64,000 nucleotides of DNA from positions 912,990 through 976,989 of the forward strand of contig NMRA01000069.1 in assembly GCA_002633005.1 (NCBI GenBank), written 5' to 3'. Below are positions 1 through 12,500 of this stretch, in pieces. The notes beneath the pieces are model-generated. The model was given only the letters and a program-made list of their open reading frames with translations, was not told where the DNA came from and made no database searches. The position numbers and the translations under genes are program-made. Source of the DNA: Phoronis australis (taxonomy: Eukaryota; Animalia; Phoronida). How positions within the stretch are numbered: the stretch's first letter is position 1; each line of letters begins with the position of its first letter.

Positions 1-731
1 AAGGAGTTGGATTTAACTTATTCTGCAAATTTGTAAGTTTCCATCTTTGAATGATAACAGGGCTTTAAAAAACTGGAAATATTTGTGATTTTTATGCTCG
101 TAACTGCCCCTGTCCTTATTTTATAAATTCTATGGGTACATATTTAATTCATTACAACATTAAGTTTTTCTACAAGAAATTTCTTTGACTATTACGACTT
201 TCACAGAAATTTTGGTTATGTTGTGAGAGTTTGTTTAACCCTAGGTGATATTATGTTAGAGTGTCAGGGTTTGTAACATTTACGAAATGCATTTTGTGTT
301 GTGTTTATGTTGAGATATGTTCATTTCTCCCAGTTTGTATTAAATGGCACAATTCTTTGAATCAACTGCCGCTTCATAAACAACTAGTCTTCAGGGCCAC
401 TTAGTGTTTTTTGTTGTTTTTTATGTTTAGTACAAAAAGATAATGTACAATACTGAAATTAAGCTCAGAAAGCAGTAGAAATTATTAGATCTGAGCATTT
501 ATTGAGGTGAAAAGGGGCTACAGGAAATTTCCCCAAACAGGTTCTCCCAAATATAAGCACATTGGCCTCGATCTTACTGTATAGACCTATGGGCATACTT
601 TCAGGGCTGCAATTAAGGACATCTACAGTTTGTCAGGTTTTTCTATGTCAGTGGTACAGGCAAATGTTGAACAAAAAAGATTATTTGAGAAATGGAACTA
701 AGTTTTTGGTTTATCTAAAAATTGTACTTAA

Positions 732-1240
732 GGCTATGTTAGACCATATAAAAATGACCAAATTTGTCTAACTTCGGAGCATCGTTTCTCTGAAATGACC
801 GATGGGATTGATACGAAACTGTCAGATACCATGCTTTATGTACTGATATGGGAAATGCTGTTAGGCAATTGTTTTAAAATGTAACCCATTTTTGCATGAG
901 GGGCTTTCAAATATAGGGCTCGTGTGATTTTCATAAAAAACCTTGCCAAAAACAAATTATTTTAGAAAACTTAATTGTTTTTGAGATTTTGTCTTGAACA
1001 TTGATGTGAAATAAAAATTAGGTCATGTCATTGATGCCATTGTTTTTTGCTAAATTTCACTGAAAAAATAGGATCACGTGACCAATTTAATGAAAGATTG
1101 GTAAAAAGTCAAAAAACATATTATACTCAGTCTGGCTTATTACTTTCAGCAAATACATGCTTTTACAAAGTTGAAATTTGTAGTTTTGTAAGTATTTGAC
1201 TAAATATGCAGACTTTTCAATGAGGTCTTGCGTAACAGCC
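732..1240. mobile_element. TTAA-type (Kolobok-like) MITE, degenerate; inverted relative of 8369-8881
   Basis: Left end ttaa-GGCTATGTTAGACC, right end GGTCTTGCGTAACAGCC; internal tttgcatgaggggctttcaaatatagggctc is the near reverse complement of 8674-8705. Confidence 0.6.
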
Positions 1241-1520
1241 TCACTAGTACCACATCTATCGATTTAGGTTAGTCTAGTTTGTTGACACAAACATACAGAA
1301 TGTAGACTGATGCAGGCAGAGGAATGTTATAATTTTTTTTTTCTTGGCAGAATAGAGTTCACTAAATGCTTAACTTAATTGAAAGTTTACTATTGACCTT
1401 TTCTTAGCAACCCTGCTTGGTTGAAGTATTTCAATATTTTTTATTTGCCAATGGTTATAGTGTTAGTGTTAGTGCATTCTCTACCTCTCCATGTGTTGAT
1501 ACTCGTCACTGTGTGAAGTA

Positions 1521-1833
1521 CAGGGCTTGGAATTTTCCACTTTTAAGAGGATTTCCTCTCTTTTGGTTTCAATTTCCTCTTAACTGATTTCAAGTTTTTT
1601 GAGTCTATTTTTTGTTGACTTTTTTCATGCAAAAACATTCATTTCACTTGAATTTTACAACACAAAAAACATTTCTATCACAAGTCTATTTGTGGAAGGA
1701 TACATCACCTCTCTTTGTCCCTCTTATTGTCATTGGTCATTCCAAGCCCTCGAATATGTAACAGTTTGTGTCATTAGTCATTCCAAGCCCTGGAATATGT
1801 AACAGTTTGTGTCATTGGTCATTCCAAGCCCTG
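1521..1833 (+). mobile_element. hAT-like MITE whose right end is triplicated as a 41-bp tandem repeat
   Basis: CAGGGCTTGGAA...TTCCAAGCCCT(G); unit tcattggtcattccaagccctggaatatgtaacagtttgtg x2.5 at 1730-1833; inverted relative of 9929-10154. Confidence 0.72.
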
Positions 1834-4298
1834 TAAATATAAAATATCACCAATATGGCAGACTAGTGAAATTTCTGGGGGTGGGTTTTCAGAAAGAACT
1901 AGCAGCACCAAATAATTGTTTTGTTGTTTTCAAGTTCATTAACAGACAATGTTTTGAGGGTTTCACAAGTATTTGGAAAATGGAAAGGATAATTTTGGTA
2001 CTTTTTTATCTGAGTTTTAAAATAGCTACCCTTGAAGTTCTAGTTTTCATTGTTTGTCACAGAATGTGATGAAGACTTGGTACATATACCCGGTATTGTC
2101 TGTTGCTGATTTGCAATGATGGAAGTTTGGATTCGTGCAAGTGTTAGACTAGACATTTAATTTCTTCATTGCATGGATTTGATTTGCTATCAAGATTTTA
2201 CCAGTTGTATTTTGCATGATCTGGGGTCTGTCATCATGAAAAATGATTCAAGACTAGTCTGAAATTTGCTTTTGCGCTCCAGGCAACTGTTTCAGAGAAA
2301 TAATTAAATCTCACATGAGCCAAAGTGAGAAGTCTGAGAATATACACAAAAATGCTAATTACTGAGACAATTTCTACAAATTATTTCTTGACTGTGATAT
2401 GCTCATAATTACTTCGTTAAACCTTTTTACGGTAGTTGCGAAGAGGTAGTGCGAGACCAAATTTCCCTTTGAGTCACTTTCATGAACCGAACCCCTGGCT
2501 GCTTTGCTTGACTTGCAATGAATTCCATCTTGTCAAGAATGATCGTGGTTTCTGGCATTTAACAGCTAAACTGTTTTTGCATGTGCACTGTACTAATTGT
2601 ATTACTGAACCAAAGAGCTATTAAAAATTGGACTGCATAATTACATTTTTTTTTGATTTTAAACAGGTGAGGTCACCTCTGAAACGATTTTATTAATAGA
2701 TAAAACTATTGTTTGGAAATAAGCTAGTATGACAAGTCAATTGATTGTATTACAATGAAATTTTAAACATGTAGTGGTTGTGTTGATTGTATTTTGTGTT
2801 GAGTGTAATACAATAAAGGTTACTTTGGAATGTTCATTTGCAGAGAGGTGTCTTTTAATGTTAAAACATTTTATCATGTAACATTCCAATGTCTGGTGCT
2901 ATATGAACTAAACAATCCCCTTTAGTTTCAAAAGAACTTTTGATTTAGGCCACTGTTATAAAAACGATCGCGTTTTGTTCTTTACTCAGATTAGGAACCG
3001 ATTTCTAGGCTTGGGTAAAACTGATAGATCATTCATGCCTTCAGAGATGACATTATTATTGCTTGTCCTCCGGTCAATTCATTCAGCTGCTGATTGCTAA
3101 AGATGGCCGTCGGGCAGACTTACGGTAGTGTGTAATTATAACCAATTACAATAAAGGTAAGAATGTGATGGCACTGCTTTGGAAAAGTAAACACACTTGA
3201 GTCAGTTTTCATGAGACGGGTGACTGTGAAGAAAGTTGGATTTTGAGATCGGAACACGATTTATGGGCCGCTTTCGCATACAAGGTTCACATCTCGGGTT
3301 ATCCAGAAGACTTCCGGTTTTGCGTAGCCTCAAATTATCCCTCGGAGTTGTTTCATACTTGCACATTTGCAAGAAGCATGTGGTCAAGAGAGATGGTTAA
3401 AATCATAACTTCAGCCTGGCAGATCTCAAAGTAGTATGCGACGGTCATTATCAATCCTGTGTATGGAAGATATGCTGTTAACATTCTCCATTTGAGACTA
3501 GCCAACTGTAGGACAATTCAATCCTATCTTGTGTATTCAATGCTATTACATCAATCCAATCCACATTCGTCNAGGTTCACATCTCGGGTTATCCAGAAGA
3601 CTTCCGGTTTTGCGTAGCCTCAAATTATCCCTCGGAGTTGTTTCATACTTGCACATTTGCAAGAAGCATGTGGTCAAGAGAGATGGTTAAAATCATAACT
3701 TCAGCCTGGCAGATCTCAAAGTAGTATGGGACGGTCATTATCAATCCTGTGTATGGAAGATATGCTGTTAACATTCTCCATTTGAGACTAGGCAATGACA
3801 ACGGCCGCCCATAATGACCATCGATTCTGTTGGCCAACAGAGGCGATGGTCATTGCCTATTTGAGACCGGCTTGCAGACGCACAGATACAAAAGCCTTCG
3901 CAGGGATAATTTGAGGCTAACGAAATACTCGAGTGTTCTGAATCCCTTTCCGGTAGACTTTCTCAATGAACAAACAAAACTGACCAGTGTTCTTACTTCA
4001 GCAAATAAATGCGCTGGCCCACCTTGCCCATAACATTGTATTGTCGTGATGGACTATTCCGGCGGAGTTGGCAGGCACGTATCTCTGGATGGTCAGAAAA
4101 CCACAAGTCTTTCTGCAGATTGATTACTATTTATTGTTTAATCTGACAGCATTAGGATAAGAGTTACCTGAAGAAATCAGATGTTTGATTTCACTTTCTG
4201 CCCTGTATGGACGGATGCAGTGATAATAGTGTGTCCAGCGACTCCCTGCATGAAGCCGCTAAGTTGGTTTTGCGGATTATGAGTTAGTCTGAAAAGAT

Positions 4299-4430
4299 AC
4301 TGTCCCCGGTTGCTTAGTTATTGTCCCCGGTCGCCTAGTTACTGTCCCCAGCTGCCTAGTTGCTGTCCTCGGCTGCCTGGTTGCTGTTCCCGGGCTATCT
4401 GGTTGCTGTCCGCGGCTGCCTGGTTGCCGG
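4299..4430. repeat. 21-bp degenerate minisatellite (about 6 copies)
   Basis: Unit approximately ctgtccccggctgcctagttg in tandem. Confidence 0.8.
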
Positions 4431-6831
4431 CCCTGCTTTTGAGCATCCAACGTTTAATACGTACATATATACGTACCCCATTTATCTTCTTATTAACTAT
4501 GGGTGAGGATGTGTTGCACAAAAGGTTCAAAAGTAAACGTGTCAGCATTCAAAATTAGTTGATAGACATTATTTAATTGAAAATGAGACTACATCCACAT
4601 AGGACCTGTCTGAATCCACTGGCCCCAAATCCACTGGCCCCGGGCAACCTTGTATTTCGGACGCTGAAACTGACGGCTGGGTTTCAGCCCACTCGCATGT
4701 GTAAGCTTATTCTTGATTAAGATATCTACTAATAAGCTGCTGCAAAACAGTTGAGGTCTGTTTTCATGAATACAATACAGCCACCGAACTGATTTGCTTG
4801 CGTTCACATGAGCAACAAAATAACGTCAGTTATGCACTACTGGTTGACAAATTATTTACTATGGTTACAGTAGGCAATTTTTAAGAATTTATATTCACCA
4901 GGTGGTGCTTACAAATTTTATAAAGGTCCCTTTGTTTAACACCTGAACATTTTGAGAAAAAAAATCGCTTCATCAGCAATAAGAGGCGGGGCTACTTTGG
5001 GCTGATGGACCCGGGTTGACTGTCTGAATGCCACTGCTCCAGTCTCGACGTAAAGTTGGCTAAACTCAGACTGGTTACTGCCACACCTCTCGCGCGTCAG
5101 TCAACACCGTAGACATTTAATACTTAGGTTTTCTCAATGCCCAGAATACATGCTAGAATTTGTGCCTAATGGTCTAGCGCAATGAGTTTTAGATCGTGTA
5201 TCACTAAGCCACGTCCCTGTAACACAGATGTTACAGAACCGAGTTGGGTATGCCAGCCTGAACATGTAGATGTCGCCACATTTAGTGTTGAGACAAGGAA
5301 TCAGCCAAACTGAATGCATGTATTTCTACAGGTAGAACTGTCACCATCGCCACCAGGAGAATTTAAAGTCAACTTTTTGTGGAGGTCAATATCTCGACAA
5401 CGTACATGTACTCTGATTTCTGCTTTTGCAAACTTGAATAATTTGAACAAGAGAGTCTGGAAAATACAGAAGACAATCTGAATATCTTTTCTTCAAACAA
5501 ATCGTTCCAGTTACCACCGTCCCATAGAGAATTGCAACATGCAGTTAAAAACTGGCAGATAGAATTTCAGGCGTGACCATTTGATACGTGTATTTCCAAT
5601 GGTAAGACACCGGCCCCAAAGATTTCTCACATTGCAAGAAATTGAACACATTAATTGAACACAAAACTACATAATACATAAATAAATAGTCGAACTAAAT
5701 ACCACAACAAAATGAAATGTTCTACAACTGCTGAACACTTTCGTTATTACGCAGCACTATAGCTTTAGTAGTTTTCCAAAATGACGGACGTGAGAATAAC
5801 GAGAACATTTACCTCCTCCATAGAAAGTATGACATCTCCCAAACCAGAAGAGCAGAGTATGACGAATCGCACATCGGTACAAGTCAAACAACCGATTTTA
5901 GAACAAATACACTAATCCTTTGGCTTCTAATGTTATCGGAAAAATAACATCAAAAATCTTGACAAAATTTCGTTTCTCCGTCATCACTTGCCGGGTGATG
6001 ACTCGTTTCAAGAGTTGCTCTGTCAGCTGATGGAAAATTCCACCGACACTCAGGTGTGCCATTGTTGTGAGTTCTAATCATAGGACTACGAAACAGTAAA
6101 ATCTCGCTAATTTGGGACAAACTATGGCAGAAAAGTGGTAAGGCAAAAACAGTTGCGTTGCCCATTAAGTTGTGGGCTGCATTAATGTCTTATAATTATG
6201 GGACCTTCTGTTCCATACAGTTCCTAAACAGTCACTTGTATGCAAAATTTTGTGCCAGGGCAAACTTATTTGCAAAGAAAATTGAAAACAATTCTTATTT
6301 CCCTGTGTAACATTTTTAACATAGTGGATACTATAGCCTCAAATACTCCACAAATAACAACAATTTTACACTAAGGTAATCAAGGAAGTTTCTTCAGAGT
6401 CAAATATAACATTATGCTCAGTCTTCCCTACATTCAATCCCACCACATCATGGTATTTTGTAAATTAAAGTACATTTTGTTTCCCTCACCCTATCCTTAT
6501 TCTTCCAAGATGGGTAGATCAGCAAGTGAACACTTCTAATTTTCAACTTTTCATTGTCCTGGCTTGCTGATACCAAAACATTTTTTTTATAGCCGAAAAA
6601 AATCTTTGGCCAGATTGCAAATAAAATGTTTTGATCAGCACACATACCTAAAGGTGGATGGTGCGAGGAGAAACAAACGTAATTTCAATCAACGACTTAC
6701 CTACCCACGCAAGTCATCCTTGAGAAGCCCTAAATAGACATTCCCAAATGGTTGTTCAATTAACAGTTGAACACACTGCAGATCATAGGAGCTATTTCCA
6801 CCCTTTAGAACATACCTCTAGTGTAGACCAT

Positions 6832-7078
6832 GGGCCCGTTCCAACAAAACTGACTCAGCTAAGACAAATCTTAAGTTTTAGTACATTTTAAGATAAAACT
6901 TAAATTTGTCTCGAGACCGTTTCAAGAAAGAGATTTTAAGTTTGAATTAAGTTTTTGTTAAAAGTTTGGTCTTAATTTTAACTATTTTACCGGATGTGGA
7001 AGTTTTAAAGTTTGGAAATTAGACAAATCTTAGACTTAAGTCAAAAATGAACTTAAGTCAGTTTCTTGGAACGGGCCC
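6832..7078. mobile_element. PIF/Harbinger-like MITE
   Basis: TIR GGGCCCGTTCCAAcAAAACTGACT / AGTCAGTTTCTTGGAACGGGCCC, 3-bp flanks cat/cat; partial second copy at about 27365-27525. Confidence 0.78.
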
Positions 7079-7099
7079 CATATTAATATCTCTCAATAA

Positions 7100-7596
7100 A
7101 AACAAGATTTTTCGATGTCTCAGACATCACCATCAGGACAAGCAATCAAGGTCATCTAGCAATGCTGACCCACACAGTGTACAGGAGAGCTATCAGCAGG
7201 TACCATAGCAACAAAACAGACAATTCATACGACCAGCTGCTTATTCAATTCAGGCTTGAGCTAGTTGATGCGAATTGACTCATGGATTTCGAGTTCCTTT
7301 GTTGTTTCAGCCTGATCCAGAACACTAAAGCATTTGCTAAATGCGCATTCAGCATTAGAAACAACAAAGGAACTCAATATCCATCAGTTGGTTTAAGCCT
7401 GAACTGAATAAGCAGCTGGTACACTACAGGCTGTCACTGGTCTTATGAATTGTCTTTGATGTTTTGTTGCTATACCTGCTGATAGCTCTCCTGTACACTG
7501 TGTGGGTCAGCATTGGTAGATGGCCTTGATTGCTTGTACTGATGATGATGTGTGAGACATGGAAATATGTTGTAGTTGAAAAATCTTGTAGTTTTT
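7100..7596. repeat. Long foldback (inverted-repeat) element with ~210-bp arms
   Basis: For example aatgctgacccacacagtgtacaggagagctatcagcaggta is the exact reverse complement of tacctgctgatagctctcctgtacactgtgtgggtcagcatt; inner arms gagttcctttgttgtttc / gaaacaacaaaggaactc. Confidence 0.88.
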
Positions 7597-8368
7597 GTTA
7601 ATATTATCACTTACTTGTCTTCATTAAGACCATTTGGAAGACCATATTAAGTAAAGTAGGGAATATTGCGTAAGTCATTGCATTGTTATGTAGAATTGCT
7701 GGAAGTCTGGAGAGTTTCACAATCTTGGCACCATGTGCATGTCAATTGCTGTGATTGGCCGATGCTTGACCTTTGATCAGGATCATTCATTGTCAGTCTG
7801 CAGATAATCACCTGCATCACATAGTGGCGATATTGCAAACCTTTTAAGTTCTACATAACGAAGTAATGGTCTATGCTATGCTCCCTTTTTTACTAACGGT
7901 GTATACTAGATACATATACTAAGAGATCAGAATAAGCTCCCATGCCTTCAGCCAAGAAGAGAACTAAAGTGAATAAGCACAACTTAGAACAAGTTATTGA
8001 ACAATAAAATCTACAAATAACTTCACGTTCCACTGGAAATGTTTTTTAATAATCATGTAGAGTCTACTGTTTACTTATAACTAGTTTTTGTGAGCCAGAC
8101 TCAAGATGAATTGATAAACATTCATTACGTGACCTATTTATTGCTTCACTTGTTTCATGCTCATTTTTCTCACCTCGAGATCTAAGATCATCAGCCCCAT
8201 GCAGCTCTAAATAGATCAAACCGAGTTAGCGGAGGCATATCTTCACGCTAAAGCAATCAATGAACTCTGTTCGGTTCGTGGTCTTACGAAAAGTCAAGGC
8301 CAACGGTTCCACCCCAAAACCTGAACCAAAATTCTGGTTTTCCAAGATACCCCTAGGTGGTGCTTTAA

Positions 8369-8881
8369 GGTTATGTAGGACGTTATTGACTGGTCTTTGT
8401 ATTTTGCCAAATGTCCACAAAACTATACATTTTCAGTCTCATTGAAAGTAAGTATTTTTAAGGTAGAAAACCTGTGGAATTTGATATTCGATTTTATATC
8501 ACTCAGCTATTAACAGTCATGTGGTCGTGTCTTTTTAGTAAAATTTAGCAAAAAAGAAAGGCACATTTATAGCAAAACAATGGCATTTTAATTCGGTCAT
8601 TTCATATGATATAAAGATTCAAGATGAAATCTCAAAAATGGCGATACACTTTCAATTTTTCATAAAAATAATAGAGCTCCTATTTTTGACAGCCCCTCAT
8701 GCAAAGATGGAACATTAAGTGTTTTGGAGAACAGTGCAAAAAGCAAGAAGGTGCCTGTAAGAGTCACATGACTCCAAGGTGCCTGCAAGAGTCACATGAC
8801 TCGTGACTACAATCAATCATTTCTAAAACAAAATCTTCCAAAGTTTGCAAAATTTGGACATTTTTAGGGTCCTCCACAACC
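8369..8881. mobile_element. TTAA-flanked (Kolobok-like) MITE
   Basis: TTAA|GGTTATGTAGGAC ... GTCCTCCACAACC|TTAA; internal 28-bp tandem duplication near 8748-8802. Confidence 0.75.
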
Positions 8882-9460
8882 TTAAATCCATTCTCTTCTG
8901 GCACCATATAACCCGAGTCAGTTGTCACTGTTGAATCATGGGTAAAAATTCTTTAGTTTAGGACAAAACATGGTCAAGCTAGCAAAACTTTCACTTCGTT
9001 GTTAGCATGATTTCTGAGGTACAGCTACCACTAACCACAGCAAGTGAAATTTCGAGCATTTGCCCCACTGTAACACGCCACAGAAAGTCTTATATTTGTC
9101 CCAAAATGAAGAATTTTTACTCTAAGATCCCCATATAAGGCTACTCATGAGGATATTATCAACCTCAAACAAGAATAAATATAAAATGTAATTCAACAGT
9201 AAACCTGTGTACAAGATGCAACTGATGTCAATCTAAAAGCAAACAAGGTTCTGAAGGTCTTGTGGACTTTAGCGTACATACGCCCAGACTACTTCAAGTA
9301 CCTTAACCAATAACCATAGCAACGTAAACTAACACCACCCCCATACGTTTTCCAAGATTGGACATTTTCCCTTGACCCTATCGAATCCAAGTTTCCCAAA
9401 AAAGTACCCAGACCAGAGAATTTCAACGAAAACAAAGTGACATAAGTCATTTCTGCATTG

Positions 9461-9585
9461 CTATAACGACGAGAACCAACTGCTTTGAGCACTGGTTGGT
9501 TTCAGTGGGATCTTACACTTGACACTGTCGGGAAAACGTTCGTGGTACCTCTCCAGGCGGAGGAACTTCACCGTAACTAGGTTAC
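9461..9585 (-). CDS. LEMD3: LEMD3 exon 14 (last coding exon)
   Basis: GNLVTVKFLRLERYHERFPDSVKCKIPLKPTSAQSSWFSSL* (TAG at 9461-9463). Confidence 0.95.
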
Positions 9586-12500
9586 CTAACGGAAAAGAAA
9601 AGTGAAGACGTCTCATATAAATTTCATTTTTTACATTGCCTCTGCAAGGCAGGATGTTACCAGCCATGTTTTCAGTGCACCATTATAGACACTGGGCCCA
9701 AGATCTCATCTCCATCCCCTAACAATAACTCAAAAGTTGACCAATGGCATGCCACAATTCGAGTAAACTTACAAATTTGTACACGAATGAAGCCGCATGA
9801 TTGGTAAAGTTCTGAGTCTGAGTTTGGAGATTAGATCCTGGGCTTGGTCTTAACCAATAATAAAGTACCAGACAGTTCTTTGCTAACCCCGAAATCACTT
9901 GTAATCTGAGTAAAGAACATGTTGTGAGCAGGGCTTGGATTGACCAATAAAAAGAAGAAAATTTTCCATGTGATTTACCGTTCCACAAATAAATAGGCTT
10001 GTGCGATAGAATTTAGTGTTGTAAGATTTAACTGAAATAAATGTTTTTACATGAATAAAGTCAAAAGAGAAGAAAAGAAACTGGAAATCAAATAGGAGGA
10101 AGTTGAAACCAAAAAAGAGGAAATCCTTTTAAAAGAGAAAAATTCTAAGCCCTGGTTGTGACCAATGTTAAATTCAAACGTCAGTTTTTGATACAAGGCA
10201 TGTCCATAGCTGGTTTACAATTTGCAAGGAAATACTATTCCACACCTTCTCTTTTGACAGCTTTTGATTTAAGCCAGTGTTTTGAAATCTTCCTCATCTT
10301 GTTCCTTACACAGATTAGAAATGGTTTATGAACTTGGTAAGGACTGTCACATCCTTATTGCTTTAGTCCTAGCTGATTGTTATGGTGGGTCAGTTTCAGT
10401 CGCCACAATAGTATGACCATCAACTGACTTCCAGGCGATTATCTGCAACCAATTTGAATTCAAACAAAAGATAAAAGCATGATGACATCGCTTTGGAGGA
10501 GCAAATATGCTCGGGAAGAGAGTTGCTGTTTTTACATCAGAACACAGTTTACAGCCAGTTTGGTAATAGCCAGTTACAAGGGAGAACCAGTTTTCTCCAC
10601 TGAACGACAGGCATCAAACTGATTTCAAAATTCGAGGCCCTTGTAAGTGATCATCGCCGCCACTTTAAGGGTACCGAACCCCAAGCTGTACCTACCATCA
10701 AACCACCAGCCGTGAAGAGATCTGTAGACTTTACCAGCGCCTGCCGGAGTTCCACACTTCAAATACACACAACCCTGCAAATGAAGTCAAGTGAATGAGA
10801 ATTCGACAAGAATATGTGAATTCCAATGTGGCACCACCTGGTGACCTGATATTAGAGCAAATGGTGCGCACACGCGAGCAAATGATAAATAAAAGTCTAC
10901 CGATACACATTTTTGAAAAAACTCTCCCTGTCTGCCTCACCTCAGTGGATGTCTTGTCAACAGATATATGCACAATGTCATTGATGTCCTGACACTTCTC
11001 TAGGATGACATCACACACGCCTACCTCCCACTCACCTACCTCACTGAAATGTGAACAATGTCCAGAAATTAGAGCACAGGTCAAAAGCATTCAGACAAAA
11101 AGACCCACAATTCCCCGTCATGACGGCTGAATGGATGTCAGATTCATCGTCGGAGTAGTCTCCCCTCATGACTTATAATGAAGGGGAATTTTACGAAGAA
11201 ATTTAGCAAGGTGACCAAACCACACTGTAATCAGAATTTTGCCGGCATAAAAGTTATATGAATGAGCTGTCGTGACGGGGAAATGGTACTTTGTTTGCCA
11301 TTGATTTTGTCTCACACTGTATGAACTAATTATTCTTCTAAAAGTTGTGGAAAATAACAAGGAATACGAAGGCGTTTAATGACATGTATGTGGTGTAAAT
11401 TATGGTAAGAAAACATAGTTATTTTAGTCAAGAAATTAGATTAAAAATTAAAATTCTATTCCCCATTGTGAGCTGGATCCCCCATAATGCCCAAAAATTA
11501 TTGTGCTTTCGCGCAGGTAATATTCACTTGAACAGGGTCTTGTATTTTGAGAACCAGTTTTCTCCACTGAATAACAGGCATCAAACTGGTTCCCAAAATG
11601 TGGGACCCCTGCGACTAGACACACAATTACAAAATATCAATACAAACAAAAGCATTTTAGTCCAAGAGCAAGATCCCTACACCCTATCTCACAATTTCCT
11701 AGGCACAGCTACATGTTAAGAAACTATTAACTTCAAAGAGAACGTTCTTTCTATTAAGAACTTACATGTTAGGATCAAACATGTTGCGTATTTTCAAACA
11801 TGGAGTTGGTGAGAATGGAAGAGTGCTGCCACGGTTCGACGGATATTCACCAAATGCTGCAAAACCAAGTTGGTATTATTACTAGAATGTACAACGTGCA
11901 AACATAGAAGCCCGACGATAAAGACAAGGGCCTGTGATATGAAGACAAATAAGACATTAGAACAAATCTATTGTGCTTACTGCGAAGCTATACCAAAGCT
12001 AGTTTACATTGAAACAACACATGAGGATGAGATAAAAGGTCATATATATTACGACAAACTAAACTACTACACATATCGAAAAATACAAAAGTTATATATT
12101 ATGTTGCGTTGTAAAAGTGGGTGACAATCTGTCTGAAAATTTGTCTAATGTATAAAGTATTCTTGCTTTAAGTTATAATATTCTGTTCCATAAGAGCCCA
12201 GCCAACAGTACTGCATAAGAGCTTCTGTCATGAAGTGAACTACAATTACAATCGTGTATGTTATAGAAAAGTCTTGGTAGTGTTCGTCACATGTAAATCA
12301 ACAAGACTGTGTGACAAATTAAAGTTAGTCATCAATTTTATTGTGCAAAGATGTTAAACCAAAAACGTGACATTCATTTTTGAGAGGACGTTCCAACACT
12401 AATTTGGCAGACAAACCACTGACCCCTTACTGTGCTTAGGCGATATCGTGCCTTATCCTTGGCACCCCTTATCCTGCCTCAAACACCCATGACCTTGTCC

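Larger units (their letters stand above)
1..2840 (+). other. Probable long 3' UTR of an upstream plus-strand gene
   Basis: Frame 1 reads KELDLTYSANL* (1-36); T/GT-skewed plus strand; AATAAA at 2812-2817. The coding part would lie outside the window. Confidence 0.3.

Noticed and set aside
3283-3791. Near-identical ~219-bp direct duplication (3283-3501 versus 3573-3791)
   Set aside because: The second copy starts right after a single N at 3572, typical of a contig-overlap or haplotype-join artefact.
1730-4430. 41-bp and 21-bp repeat arrays as possible CRISPR arrays
   Set aside because: Head-to-tail repeats with no unique spacers and no cas genes, in a eukaryotic context.
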